In this document: positions 12,119 through 23,984 of the stretch, one piece after another
How positions within the stretch are numbered: position 1 is the first letter of the stretch
Layout of the letters: every line of letters starts with the position of its first letter
Source: Octopus sinensis
Lineage: Eukaryota
Length of the DNA stretch: 64,000 bases
NCBI RefSeq assembly: GCF_006345805.1
Contig: NC_042997.1
Span: forward strand, 162,998,001 to 163,062,000
Reading direction: 5' to 3'
The notes under the pieces: generated by a model
The model's input: only the letters and a program-made list of their open reading frames with translations
Databases searched by the model: none
Told to the model about the DNA's origin: nothing
Translations under genes and position numbers: made by a program

Positions 12119-14463
12119 CTGAAAAAGAAGAAAAAAGAAGGGCTTACATATGGAAAAAGAGAAGAAAAAATGAATACTGGAACGAATATATTTCAGAGTT
12201 GTACATGTTTTGCAAAGTATTTGATGAAAGATAATATAATTAAGCCAAGGCTGTGGAGCCAGAGTCAGAAGCGATTACAGAGTTACTAAGCAGGGAGTCA
12301 ATAAAAAAGGAACCAAATCTGACTGATTAAATGTAATATAATGCTTTCAAATTTCCAATTTCACAGAAATCAAATTATTCAGTTCTACAAATAACTAATT
12401 TTAAAATAATCAAATGAGATTTAAAGGTTTCTGTGGAAGAGAATCTGGTTGAAGCAATTTTATTTCAAAGAACATGATGTCAGTAAATTGGGAGAGGGGG
12501 TTAAACTCCAATTCCACACATACAGTTTTTTTAATCAATTTTGTAAGAATAAACTTTTTAATCTTCTACAATGTAGTTTTACTTCATATAATCCTTCATA
12601 TTACATCCCTCTCTCTTTTATATTTAAACACTGCTTTAATCTTAAGGAAGAGCTATGAATTTAAATTTAATTATTTTTAAAAATGAACATTTGTTAGGTT
12701 GATTTAGGTGCTCAAAAATTTAGGTGCTCAAAAAAAAGTACATCAATGTTAAAACTAAAAGACTGAACTTAGAAACAAGGACATTCCCGATTTTCTTTCA
12801 TCGTAGTTTTATAATTTATCACTTTTAATAAAAACAGGACCCCACATATTTTCAACACTCAAACTCTCACCTTTACATTCTTATAATTGTAACCCCCTCC
12901 ATGTCCATCTCAAATCATATACATAAAGGACCACATCAGATCATGTGTCCCATATACTCTGCCATTATTCCATTCTGTTCTCCATTTCCCTCTATTTTCC
13001 CCTAGCTATTTGATATCAACATCCATCATTTGCTCACCATTTATTCACCTCTTACTATCCACCATTCATCTCTTCCACTACGCTCTCATCCCAATTACTG
13101 TTTCTACCTTCACATTTTTGCTTTCTTCTCCTGTCACTATTGCTCTCCTCTGATCAGTTCCTCAGCCAAATAGAAAAGAACAAGTAAACACACACATCAT
13201 AAAAGGGTGACAACTTCTAATCTTACAGGATACAATACAACTCCACTTGTTAGTGTTATCTTGAGATACTCTGTAAAATGGTTTGTGAACAAATGACGCT
13301 GTGGGGATGAAGGGATCTTTTAGTTTTGTCAAAGATATGGCAATCTCCTTGGTGCTAAGACTATGATAAAAGGCACCCAGTAAACTCTGAAAAGTTGTTG
13401 ATGTTATGAAGGACATACAGTTGTAGAAATCAATGCCAAAAAGTGAAACTTAGAAGCAAGATGTAGTTCTCCAACCCATCAAAGAGAACACAAATGATTA
13501 ACCAAACCATTCCAGCATGGAAAGCAGGCACAACATGAAAACATGGGGAGAAGAGGAATGTATAGTATTAAGTATCAAAGTCTTTTTTGCTGTACAGTTT
13601 GGTCACTGACACTTATTCCCTGTTATATTCCAGCTTTTGTAGATGTACAACAATAGACTGATACATAATTATATATATATAATTAATAATCAATATATAT
13701 AATATGATACAGAATACAAAATAAAATGACAATGAATACAATGGTATTGGTGTTTTTTTTTTAAATAAAATAAGCATATAAATATTGAAATGAATATCAA
13801 AATTAAATAAAAAGTAATTCATAAATATTTAGGAAGTAGAAAATATGATACTGGTTTGCAATAGAGCTGCATATGATCTGATAAAGACAGGAGAGTCACT
13901 AATACAATTGACTTTTGTTGAGGTCTAACTAAATAATCCTAGGACAGAGTACATTTGTACTAATGAGAAATATTTTATAGGAACTTTAGAATAATGTGAT
14001 GAAGATGGTGTGGAGTAGGGGTTGACTGGAGTAGGATGGTGTCATAGGGAATGAAGTGGAAGTAGAATAGAGTGATAGAGTGGCATAGTGTGGAGTGAAG
14101 CGACATGATAATAGAGCAGCGTGACTGGCACAAGTGGAGATTTTCTGTGTGAAGTGGTGTTATGTGATGTGGAGTAGTATTACAGCATGTACAATGGAGT
14201 GGCATCTGATGCAGAATGGAGTGGAATGAGGTGCAGAGCAGAGTGATGGCATGAGGAAGAGAGTGATGGTGGGAGCAGTGAGGGGGACTGAGCATGTAAG
14301 ATAAGAAGCCTGTGAGTGAGTGAATAACAAAGTGTAAAAATCATATATTCAAAACAAAACACCTGAATGAATTAAATACATTCACAGATCAAGAAAAGAA
14401 AATAATGCCCAAGGTTCCTCATAAGATGCTTTCTTTCTTCAATTACCCATATCTACATTTGAA

Positions 14464-14760
14464 GGCATGTGGGTTAATGGTTAAGGTGTTCGGCTCACGA
14501 TCATAAGGTCATGAGTTCAATTCCTGGTGGCATATTGTATCCTTGAGCAAGACACTTTATTTCACATTGCTGCAGTCAACTCAGCTGGCAAAAAATGTGT
14601 AGTACTTGTATTTCAAAGGAACGGCCTTGTCGTATTCTGAATCTCCCTGAGAACTACATTAAGGGTATGCATGTTTGTGGAGTGCTCAGCCACTTTTGCC
14701 CATTAATTTCACAAACTGTTCTGTTCTGTTCTGTTGATTGGATCAACTGCAAACTTCATC
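14464..14760 (+). mobile_element. tRNA-derived SINE, family here called D
   Basis: Has A-box-like tgggttaatgg and B-box gagttcaattcc, then tgtatccttgagcaagacactt...cagctggcaaaaa. Homologous copies lie at 21300-22250, 35632-35890 and 50815-50985 (-). Confidence 0.8.
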
Positions 14761-14864
14761 ACCATAACCAAGAGAGTGCCAGTACATTATTTACAATAAA
14801 CAGATAGATGTCATCTTATTTGCTGTTATCACAACATTTCAGCTGATATACTCTCCAGCCTTAG

Positions 14865-15581
14865 TATACAGGACATCCGTATATCGCAAGCCAACCTTCA
14901 TTGGACAATACCTCAGCTTCAATTCCCACCATCCATACAGTATAATGATTGCTCAGTGCCTAAAACATCTAGCAAACACTATAAGTAGCGATCCTGATAC
15001 ACACCAGGAAGAAATGATCAGGTTAAGAAACAATCTACCCAAAGAATATACTAACCACTCCAATTAGGAATAGGAGAGAGAATGAAACCCATAAACTGAG
15101 CACAGTCCGTCTACCCTATGTTAAAGGGACTCTTGGAAAAGATACAAAAGATATGCGGTCCATATGATATCAGGACAGTATTCAGAAGTAATACAACACT
15201 TCGCAAATATCTTCTCAGAGTAAAACCATCCATAGAAGAGAATATGGCCAAAAACTGCATGTACTATCCCATGCAGTTGTGGTAGGCTATACAAAGGTGA
15301 AACATGCTGCCCCCTTAAAGTAAGGGTAGAGGAATATCATAAAGCTGTGACAAGGGGATGTTGAAAAATCAGGTATAGCTGATCATGTATGGAAAAACGG
15401 AGACCACCTCCCACTGTGGGATGAATTTAAAATAATTGTTAGAGGACACCACTGGAAAATACAAAAATTAAAAGAGGCTGCACATATGCTAGAACACAAT
15501 AACCTTCTAAGCAGATCTAGTGCAGATATGAATATAATATGGGAACCAGTATTAAGAAAAGATAAAATACTAGGTTTATAA
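14865..15581 (+). pseudogene. Penelope-like retroelement remnant: RT C-terminus plus GIY-YIG endonuclease
   Basis: Frameshifted translation gives TSVYRKPTFIGQYLSFNSHHP...VRLPYVKG...IPCSCGRLYKGET...GIADHVWKNGDHLPLWDEFKII...HWKIQKLKEA, typical PLE RT-thumb and GIY-YIG motifs. Confidence 0.88.
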
Positions 15582-16944
15582 GCCCTAAAATTCACTCAAT
15601 AATTGCCTACAGTCATATAGTATAGTGGATAAGAGCACAAACTACTAACCCTTGGATTCTAAGTTCAAACCCAAGCATGGATCAAAAATACATTTAATAT
15701 GTAAAAAATCTATCTTATTTAACTGTGATGGTTTGGTATCTCATTCAGGGGGAATGTTGTGATCTCAGTCACTTCTATCTGTCCTAGAAACCAGGTAAGA
15801 GGCCTTTTGAGTCCGTGGACTCTAGACAGTATTCACAATATTCTTATCTTCTACTTGTTTCATTCATTAGGTTGCAACCATACTAGGGCACCACCTTGAA
15901 GGATTTTTAGCTGAATGAATCAACCCCAGTACTTTTTCGTTTTTAAGCTGGGTACTTTTATTAATTATTAGTCTGTTTTGCCAAACTGCTATGATATGGT
16001 GACAAACACATCAGGCATTGCTATATGATGAGTTCACTTTGCCAACACAAACATGTGCCCCTAGGTTTCATAGCAGCGCATTTAATGTGTCTTTTACTGC
16101 TATCTCAGTGTGAGAAATAACTTGAGTGGAGTTTGGCAGATAGAAAATGTGTGGTAAACATTGTGTGGGTGTGTGACTGTGTGCACATGTATATGCATGT
16201 GTGCGAGTGTGTGCATGTGTGAGCAAGTGTGTGTATGCATGCAAGTGTGTGCATGCATGCAAGTGTGCACATGCGTGCAAGTGTGCACATGTATGAATGT
16301 GTGCAAGTTCATGTGTGTATGTGCGTGAGTTTGTATGTGCCTATGTATAGATATGTTCATGTATATTTGTGTAAGTGCAGTTATGGCCATGTGATTAGGA
16401 AATACACTTTGCAACCATGAGGTTTTGCACTTGTTCCCATTGCATTGTGCTGCGGAACAGTGTCTTCTTGGGCTGACCAATGCTTTGTGAGAGAAATCTG
16501 TATGTGGAAATTTTGGGAGATTTATCATTGAGGTGTGGCTCGAGTGTTCATGTCTTCCCATATCTTGCCATTGTTTACATGCTGTGAAAGCATCATTAAT
16601 GCCACTATAGATAATTTGCCTTCACAAGTCTCATTTGACCTATTTTAATATGGAAATATAATGTAGTAGTAGTTGTTGTTGTTGTGGTGGTGGTGGTCAT
16701 GGTGCTGTATTTATGTGTACATATTTTTAATTCATTTATAACTCTGTAGGATATAACCATCAGCAACAGAAAACAAAATAGTAGAAATCATGTTTTATGG
16801 ATAAAATCCTTTGCATTGAGTTAAGATACATCTCAGAGATTTTTGTCATCAGAAATGCAGTGAACCAGTACTTGGCTTGTTGCAAAAATATTAACTAACG
16901 ACATTAATAGCAAACTATAATAGTAAATGAATCTGTTATCTCCT

Positions 16945-17295
16945 TTTAGTCATTGGACTTCAGCCAGTTAGGGTACTACCTTGAAGCATTTATTTGAATA
17001 AATTTACCCCAGTACTTATTTTTAAGTCTGGCACTTGTGCTATCAGTCTCTTTTATTGAACTGCTAAGCCACAGACATGTAAACAAACCAACACTGGTTA
17101 TCAAGCAGGGAATGGACAGACACAAATGTACATGTGATGGACTTCCATATAGTTTCCTTTGCACAAATTCACTCACATGACACTGGTCAGCCAAGGGCTT
17201 TAGAAGAAGACACTTGCTCAAGGTGTCATGCAGTGGGACTGAACTCAAAACCAGACAGTTACAACGTGTGCTTTTTAAGCACACAGCTATGTCTA
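16945..17295 (-). mobile_element. tRNA-derived SINE, family here called A
   Basis: Reverse-strand homolog of the 38331-38735 copy (cacttgctcaaggtgtcatgcagtgggactgaac...acacagc). Confidence 0.75.
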
Positions 17296-17890
17296 CACCT
17301 ATATAAATAAAATCCCCAGTAGCTTCTTATTTCTATCTAACTTCAAGAGGGTTCCCTCATGCTACAGTAATGTTTTTTAGTCTATAGAGACAACAACATA
17401 CACACACTCACACAGAGAAATAGAGGGTTCCCCATTCCCATTATTTATAAAAAAAAAAACATTCAAAAATGTGTAGCACAGCTCTCTTCTACTAAACTAG
17501 TCTGACCATTTATTTCGCTCTTTCATAGAAAAACAAATTAATGACCCAATTACGCTTTATCAAGCATTCAGCCAGCCAACTACTATGGTTTCATTTTGAT
17601 TAAAATAATTATGAACTTTTAAACAGCAAAACCTGTATATAAAATAAAATAAAATGAAAATAAAATGAAAAAAAAAAACGAATCTTCTCTTCATAGCTAT
17701 CAATGCAACTATTAATGCCTCTAAGAATACTTGTGAAGCACAATGGAAACTAGGAAAACAGGAAATGAAAATCAGAACTGAATACATTGTTAAATGATCA
17801 GAGAAAGCATGAACGTGCAGACTGTCGGAGATAAGGAGAGTATATAGATGTGTGTGTTCAGCTCTAATACTTCAATTGATAACAACTTAC

Positions 17891-17974
17891 ATGATTGAAT
17901 CGCCGAGTAAAAGCTACTACATTGGGGGCTTTGATCAACTTTTCTTTTGTGGTCCATGCACAAGAAGTCAGCTC
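17891..17974 (-). CDS. RalGPS: RalGPS coding exon, phase 0-0
   Basis: Bounded by attgtag| and |gtaagt; 84 nt. Translates [28 protein letters not shown], matching ELxSCGWxKKEK...[12 protein letters not shown]. Confidence 0.96.
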
Positions 17975-18660
17975 CTACAATACATGAAAGTAAATTTGAG
18001 ATTAAATAAAAGGCATTTAAGAGAACATTTTTTTTTTTTTTGAGGGGGTGGGAATGTTCTTGTAAAATAAATATGAAAATCTGAGTAAAATTTTTAAATA
18101 ACTTTAAATACATTAAAAAAAAAAAAGAATCTCCCTGAAAGTATTCTAAATAAATATATAAGAAATACCACATACTGACAAAATTTAATATGCATTTTGA
18201 TTTTTATTCATATTTTTACAAAAAGGAACTAAAGACATAATATAATCATTGTCATTTAGCATTCATTTTTCATGCTGGTATGAGTTGGACAGGTCAGCAT
18301 GATCCAATGAGTTGGAGGATTGTGATGTGTTCCAATGTCTGTTTATACAAGCTTTCTACAGCTGAATGCCTTTCCTAATGCTAACCACTTTACAAAAGTG
18401 TACCAAGTGAGTGCTCTTTTCATGGTACCAGTACTAGTTAGACCATCTTGCAATTCCAAAAATAAGGGCTTGAAGTGGCCCCTATAACTGAAGAATAGAA
18501 GAGGGAGAGTGTAATGTTTTTAGGTGGTGATGGAAAAAGTTAAGTATTTGGGAATTGAGTTTAAAAGAAATAGAGGAATAGGGAAGGAATGGATTAGTGT
18601 CAGGGGTTAGCAAAGAAGGGAGGAAAAGAGCATAAAGGTGATAAAGTGGATTGTGTAGAT

Positions 18661-18942
18661 CAGAGGTTATTTTGCTTGTGGACGCCCTGAGAGCTATCTT
18701 ATCTATGGACCCCATATATGCACATGTAAGTTTTTGAAATAAAATATTTGTTTGTAGGTTAGTAAAAACTAACAATGAAACAATTTCGTTTCATTCATAA
18801 ATTCCAAATACAAATCTTAAAAATTTCAATAAATACAGGTACCTCTCCTAGTAAACAAAATTTATATATGGACCCACAAATTAGAATCTTTTTACTTGTG
18901 GAGCCCCTAAAAGCTTCTGTGGGCCCCAGTTGGGAACCCCTG
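18661..18942. mobile_element. hAT-type MITE with 8-bp target-site duplication
   Basis: Flanked by identical GTGTAGAT at 18653-18660 and 18943-18950. The right end gttgggaacccctg is the reverse complement of a CAGGGGTTCCCAAC hAT terminus; the left end cagaggtt is degenerate. Confidence 0.8.
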
Positions 18943-20820
18943 GTGTAGATGGTCCAGGGCTATTCATTGAAGGAAAGAGAAGTGTAAGGATGAGGTCTGT
19001 ATGTGAGTAGACCAGAGGAGAGAGATAAGAGAGTGGTAGTGAGGAGGCAGAGAAGCTATGGGGAGAGGACAGTGAGAGAAAAAGAGGTAGAGGATGGAAT
19101 AGTGAATGAATGCAGTATGAACAACAAAGGGGGGGGGCTCTGGAGAGTATCATAGAGGGGAGAGGAGTAGAACAGTTTGAATACAGAGGAAACAAGCTAC
19201 AAAATTAAAACAGTAGCGCCCAATTTTGGAATTTGGTAAAACTGAAATATTGGCCAATAAAACATTGGTAAAACCAGAGATTTGAATATAAGCTATGTAA
19301 CAATTCTTCAAAATATATGTGTGTGTGTATATATATATAGACACACACACATACTGATAATGATCCTATATTTAGAAACTTATAAACACATTATAATATA
19401 CCGACACTCAGCATCTGATGTACAAGAAATGCAATTATAGAGCCCTAAAGTAACACGATATATTTAGACAATCTGCCAGCATTCTCTTTCTCTCTAAATT
19501 TCTTATAATAAAAGGATTTGGGGAAAATGAAATTAGATATACTTCTTTAATTCTAAATTTGCTTATTTTATGAGTGAATGTGAATGCACACACATTTTAA
19601 TATTCTCTCATCATAGTAGACATTCACTCCCAACTGAACATAAAATACACCTAAAATATAGAATTAGCTTTCTTTAATAAAATACTTCAAGTTTTTGTTT
19701 AAAACAGGAAGTAAAGAAGTCAAAAATATTCCTGCCTTTCTTGTACAACAAACATAGATAAGCTCAGCACTTTACTTGTTAAAAACAGTGAACAAAGGAT
19801 ATATTTAAAGAGATGTAAGCTGGTAATTGTTTTTGCATCCTTGTTAGATTTTTTACCCAAACAGTAGCTTATAAGTTCACAATTTTATCAACGGAGAAGT
19901 AAAATAACAGGAAGATAGTTACAGTAATATTTCTATCACAGAAGCACTGTCTCTTATGGTTAGAAAATATAAAACATAATGCACCCACAGAACAAAATAG
20001 GAAGTAGCACAATTAATGAATGTTTCGATAACTGCAACTCTGAACGAATTATGACAAAATGGAAAAGAAAATAACAACATGTATTTCTTTCCTATCTTCT
20101 TTCGTATTTTTTAGAAGGAAAACAGGGAAAGAAAGAGATGATGGAGTAGGGGGGGGTGAACACTACAAGAAGACAGTGTAAACAAGTTGTTATTGGCAAC
20201 AAATATAAGAGGCTAGCCACAAATCATTCTTGGAAAAAAACCAAACTCTCTCAGAATCCCCACTTGGTAGTAAATAGTATGGGGAATAGTAGAAAACATG
20301 GCAGTAGCTGTTCCCCAGCTTGTTATTACTTTCAATACCAATCTGTCAATGAGTACTCATGTTTCTGTCTGGAGATTAATTGGAGAGTGAAATATTTGAC
20401 CTTAACAACATTCAGGAAATACCTCAGTAGATAAACTGTACAGCAGCCAGATACTGAGGAGGGGGAGAAGGAAAGGGTGAAGGAGTGGACTAGGAAAGAG
20501 AAGATCTTTTATAGCTCCCTAATGATCGGAGAAATTTTACATCTCAATTATGACATCTTAAGTGGATTACCATTAAAAACACTATGTAATGAGATTAAGT
20601 AAACTTACATGGCAATAAAATTACAAATTTTACCAAGCATTCCATAAGAAGCAGAATGTTTAACAAGGCAAGTTCAATAGACTAGAGTTGAACTGTGAAT
20701 GGAGGTCAATGGAACAATTCACATTCAATTTCATTACAAACTAAATGACTATGTCAAAATATAAGGAGATCTAACGTCAAAGAAATATCCTGAAAAAATG
20801 TAGAAAAGAGCCAATATGAT

Positions 20821-21016
20821 AAGAAAGAGAGAGAGAGAGAAAGAAAGAGAGAGAGAAAGAGAGAGAAAGAGAGAAAAAGAAAGAGAAAGAAAGAACGAGA
20901 AAGAAAGAAAGAGAGAAAGAAAGAAAAAAGAGAAAGAAAAAAGAGAAAGAAAAGAGAGAAAGAAAAGAGAGAAAGAAAAGAGAGAAAGAAAAGAGAGAAA
21001 GAAAAGAGAGATAGAG
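20821..21016. repeat. Polypurine (GA/GAAA)n tract with tandem 15-mer gagagaaagaaaaga
   Basis: About 195 nt almost purely G/A; it generates the spurious ORFs at 20749-21052. Confidence 0.95.
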
Positions 21017-21575
21017 ATATCCTTCAAAATTACACATTTAGTCATTTTATGACCATATTTCTAATAAAATAATTCTTTTATTCTTTTCCTTTTTTTCAAT
21101 TAGTGGATTAAAGCCATAATGGAGCTTGAAGGCTTTTGTTAATCAAATTAATTCTCAGTCCTTCTTTTAAGTTTGGTATTTACTTATTCAATTAGTGTTT
21201 TTTTTACCAAACAGTCAAGCTATAAGGACATTAAAAAAAAAAACCTATCTCTGAGAGCAGGAGTCAAATGCATGCACACACACCCACACAACTTGTGCTC
21301 CATCGGTTACAACAACAAGGCTTCCAGTTGATCTGATCAGAACAGACTGCTCATAAAACTAACGTGCAAGTGGCTGAGCACTACACAGACACATGTACCT
21401 TTAGCCCTTTCGTTACCAACCCGGCTGAAAGTGGTTCTGGCTCTGAGTACAAATGTTTTGTTTACATAAGTTTTGAACTAAAATCTTCCACTAAACCTTA
21501 GTCACAATTTTTGTTCCTAGCACTAGCTTAATGATAACTAAGTTATTTTACTAAATTCTTTGTTATATTTAGCGT

Positions 21576-21996
21576 ACATTATTTACATTCGACAGATATT
21601 TGTCCTCATCTTGTTTGTTGTTAACACGTTTCGGCTGATATACCCTCCAGCCTTCTTCAGATGTCTTGGGGAAATTTCGAACCTGGGTTCTCATTCCTAA
21701 GGTATTCTTTGATATTATTATTATTGTTGTTGTTGTTGTTCACGTCATGTGAATCGACTGGTATCATTATATTCAAGCCAGGTGGTATTAGCTTTGAGTC
21801 TCTACATCTACGTAAGAGAGTTAGATGGTTTGAAAGACGAGCTAGTTTTTGATGGAGTTTCTCTATATGTCTCCTTTGAAGTCTAATGCCGGCTCCGTAC
21901 TGATTAGATAATACAGTTCTATATTTAAGAGATGAGGAATTATGTACGTTATTTACATTCGACGGATATTTGTCCTCATCTTGTTTGTTGTTAACA
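21576..21996 (-). mobile_element. Penelope-like element piece with pseudo-LTR direct repeats and ORF N-terminus
   Basis: 51-bp direct repeats at 21576-21626 and 21946-21996 (2 mismatches). The ORF contains KLHQKLARLSNHLTLLRRCRDSKLIPPGL, resembling PLE N-termini. A hammerhead-like motif is present. Probable 11-bp TSD atatttagcgt/atatctaacgt. Confidence 0.8.
21620..21665 (-). ncRNA. Minimal type I hammerhead-ribozyme-like motif in the Penelope pLTR
   Basis: Minus strand reads CTGAAGA-A-GGCTG(gagggtatat)CAGCC-GAAAC-GT-GTT, with a perfect 5-bp stem II. Stem I pairing is poor. Confidence 0.5.
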
Positions 21997-22257
21997 ATAT
22001 CTAACGTAATTGAAAGAAACACAGAACATCAAAAATTGATACAGTAATGAAAGGGTTAATGTAGTTTTCAGGAAGATTCAGTGTAACACAATATGACAAG
22101 GCTGGCCCTTTGAATTACAGGTAAGTGAACTGGAGCATCATGAAACGAAGCTTTTTGCTCAAGAACACGATATACTACTTAGTCCAGAAAACAAACCATG
22201 ATCTAGCAATCATGAATGCAACACCCTAACCACTAGGCCACGCATCTTCACACACAC

Positions 22258-22299
<42 letters not shown>

Positions 22300-22714
22300 G
22301 TGGTAATGTAAAAGTTGACAGTGACTTTGAAGTTTCAGCTTGCTTGCATTAGTTAGCTGAGGATTAATTATACTTTTTTTCCCCCCCTGGTGTAAACTGA
22401 ATATTAATTTACTGCAACTAAATGAAGTACTTGTTAAAATAGGGAAAGCATTTTATTAGCAGCAACATTGGACAAAAGGACACAATAGATGTCATCCTTG
22501 ACTGCATTGTGCCAATAAAAAAATATCAAATAACAAAAAAAAAAAAAACAATGGTCATAACTGGAATGTTTTTGATCAGGGCTGACAACACTTAAATTGT
22601 CTTTTCTAGTCATAGATGTAAACAAAAACATCATTGTATCTATTTCTAGGTAAGACGAGCTATTGAAAGTTTATAAATAATTGAAATGTACCTATTTGTG
22701 TCTAGTTACTGTTA

Positions 22715-23984
22715 CGAGGGGTGTTCAATAAGTAATGCCCCTGACCCACTTCCCATAGCAGTAGAGCAACGACACTTGGCACAGTTATTAGTCTTTTCCT
22801 ACATAGGAACTACCCAGAGTTATGCATTTCTCCCATTGTTTGATACAGCTCTGGAGACCGTTTTTGTAGAAGACCGCAGCTTGGTCCTCCAACCACGACG
22901 TGACTTCAGAAATCAAGGCTGCATCATCTGAGAAACGCTTTCCTTTCAAAATCAACTTCATGGCTGGGAAGAGGTGAAAATCAGAGGGTGCAAGGGGAGG
23001 AGTTCATAGCTGCATGCCTGTGCTTCTCATCTGGCGACACGCGAGTTGTGGACCGGAGCGTTGTCCTGCAGGAGGAGGATGCCTTTGCTGATCTTGCCCC
23101 GCCTCTTGATTTTGATAGCTTCTCTTAATTTCCTCAAAAGTGAAGCATAATAGGCTCCTGTAATTGTCGTACCCTTTGCCAGGAAATCTGTCATCACTAC
23201 TCCGTCCTGGTCCCAGAAGACTGTGAGCATAACCTTGTCAGCGGAGGGCTGCACCCTTGCCTTCTTTGGAGGAGGTGAGTCACGGTGCTTTCACTGCATT
23301 GACTGGGCTTTGGTCTATGGATCATAGTGATGGACCCAGGTTTTATCCTGTGTGATCAGTCTTTTGAAAAATTTTGACTCATCTTCTTGGCACACCTCCA
23401 AATTCATACTCGAGCACTCAACGCGTTCTTGCTTCTGGAAAGGTGTGAGCAACCTGGAAATCCATCTGGCAGACACCTTTTGCAAATGCAAATGGTATTG
23501 AATGATAGTTTCCACAGACCCGGTACTAATCTTGACCTTATGGGCTATTTGGCGAATAGTTATGTGTTGACCTTCCAAAATGACAGCCTCAACTTGACGG
23601 ACAGACGTCTCATCAACTGCAGAAGGGGGCGACCAGATCTGGGAGCTGTTTCCACAGAGTTCCGACTATGTTTGAATTCACAATGCCAGCATTTTACAAG
23701 GTCATATGATGGGGCATCATCACCATAAGTTACTTTCATTTCATCAAAAGTCTCCCGTGGTGTGCGTCCTTTCAAATACAAAAACCAGATCACTGCTCGA
23801 CACTCAACAGGCTCCATTTCACACTTGACTCAATTCAAACACCTGTAAATCAGAAACCACAATTAGTTCAGAGCTGTAATTCGCCACTTAATCTATAGAG
23901 GTATAAATAAGTGCACATGCAAAATTTCAGCTATATCAAACAACTGCAAGTGGGTCAGGGGCATTACTTATTGAACACCCCTCG
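22715..23984 (-). mobile_element. Near-full-length mariner transposon (irritans/Himar-like), 1270 bp, inactive transposase
   Basis: Perfect 37-bp TIRs cgaggggtgttcaataagtaatgcccctgacccactt with TA TSDs at 22713-22714 and 23985-23986. Confidence 0.95.
22788..23817 (-). pseudogene. Mariner transposase pseudogene
   Basis: Fragments MEPVECRAVIWFLYLKG..., KVSARWISRLL, ITQDKTWVHHYDP, KVMLTVFWDQDGV...LLLQDNAPVH and APSDFHLFP. There are at least two frameshifts, an in-frame TAG after YDP, and loss of the HPPYSPD motif. Confidence 0.92.

Larger units (their letters stand above)
21405..22055. mobile_element. piggyBac-like (TTAA) MITE, family 1, interrupted by a Penelope piece
   Basis: Termini CCCTTTCGTTAC and GTAATGAAAGGG, flanked by TTAG (21401-21404, a mutated TTAA) and TTAA (22056-22059). 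Confidence 0.82.

Noticed and set aside
15612-15683. tRNA-like sequence with A and B boxes
   Set aside because: The acceptor and anticodon stems do not pair properly. It is best read as a decayed SINE head, as are the other tRNA-like heads in the window.
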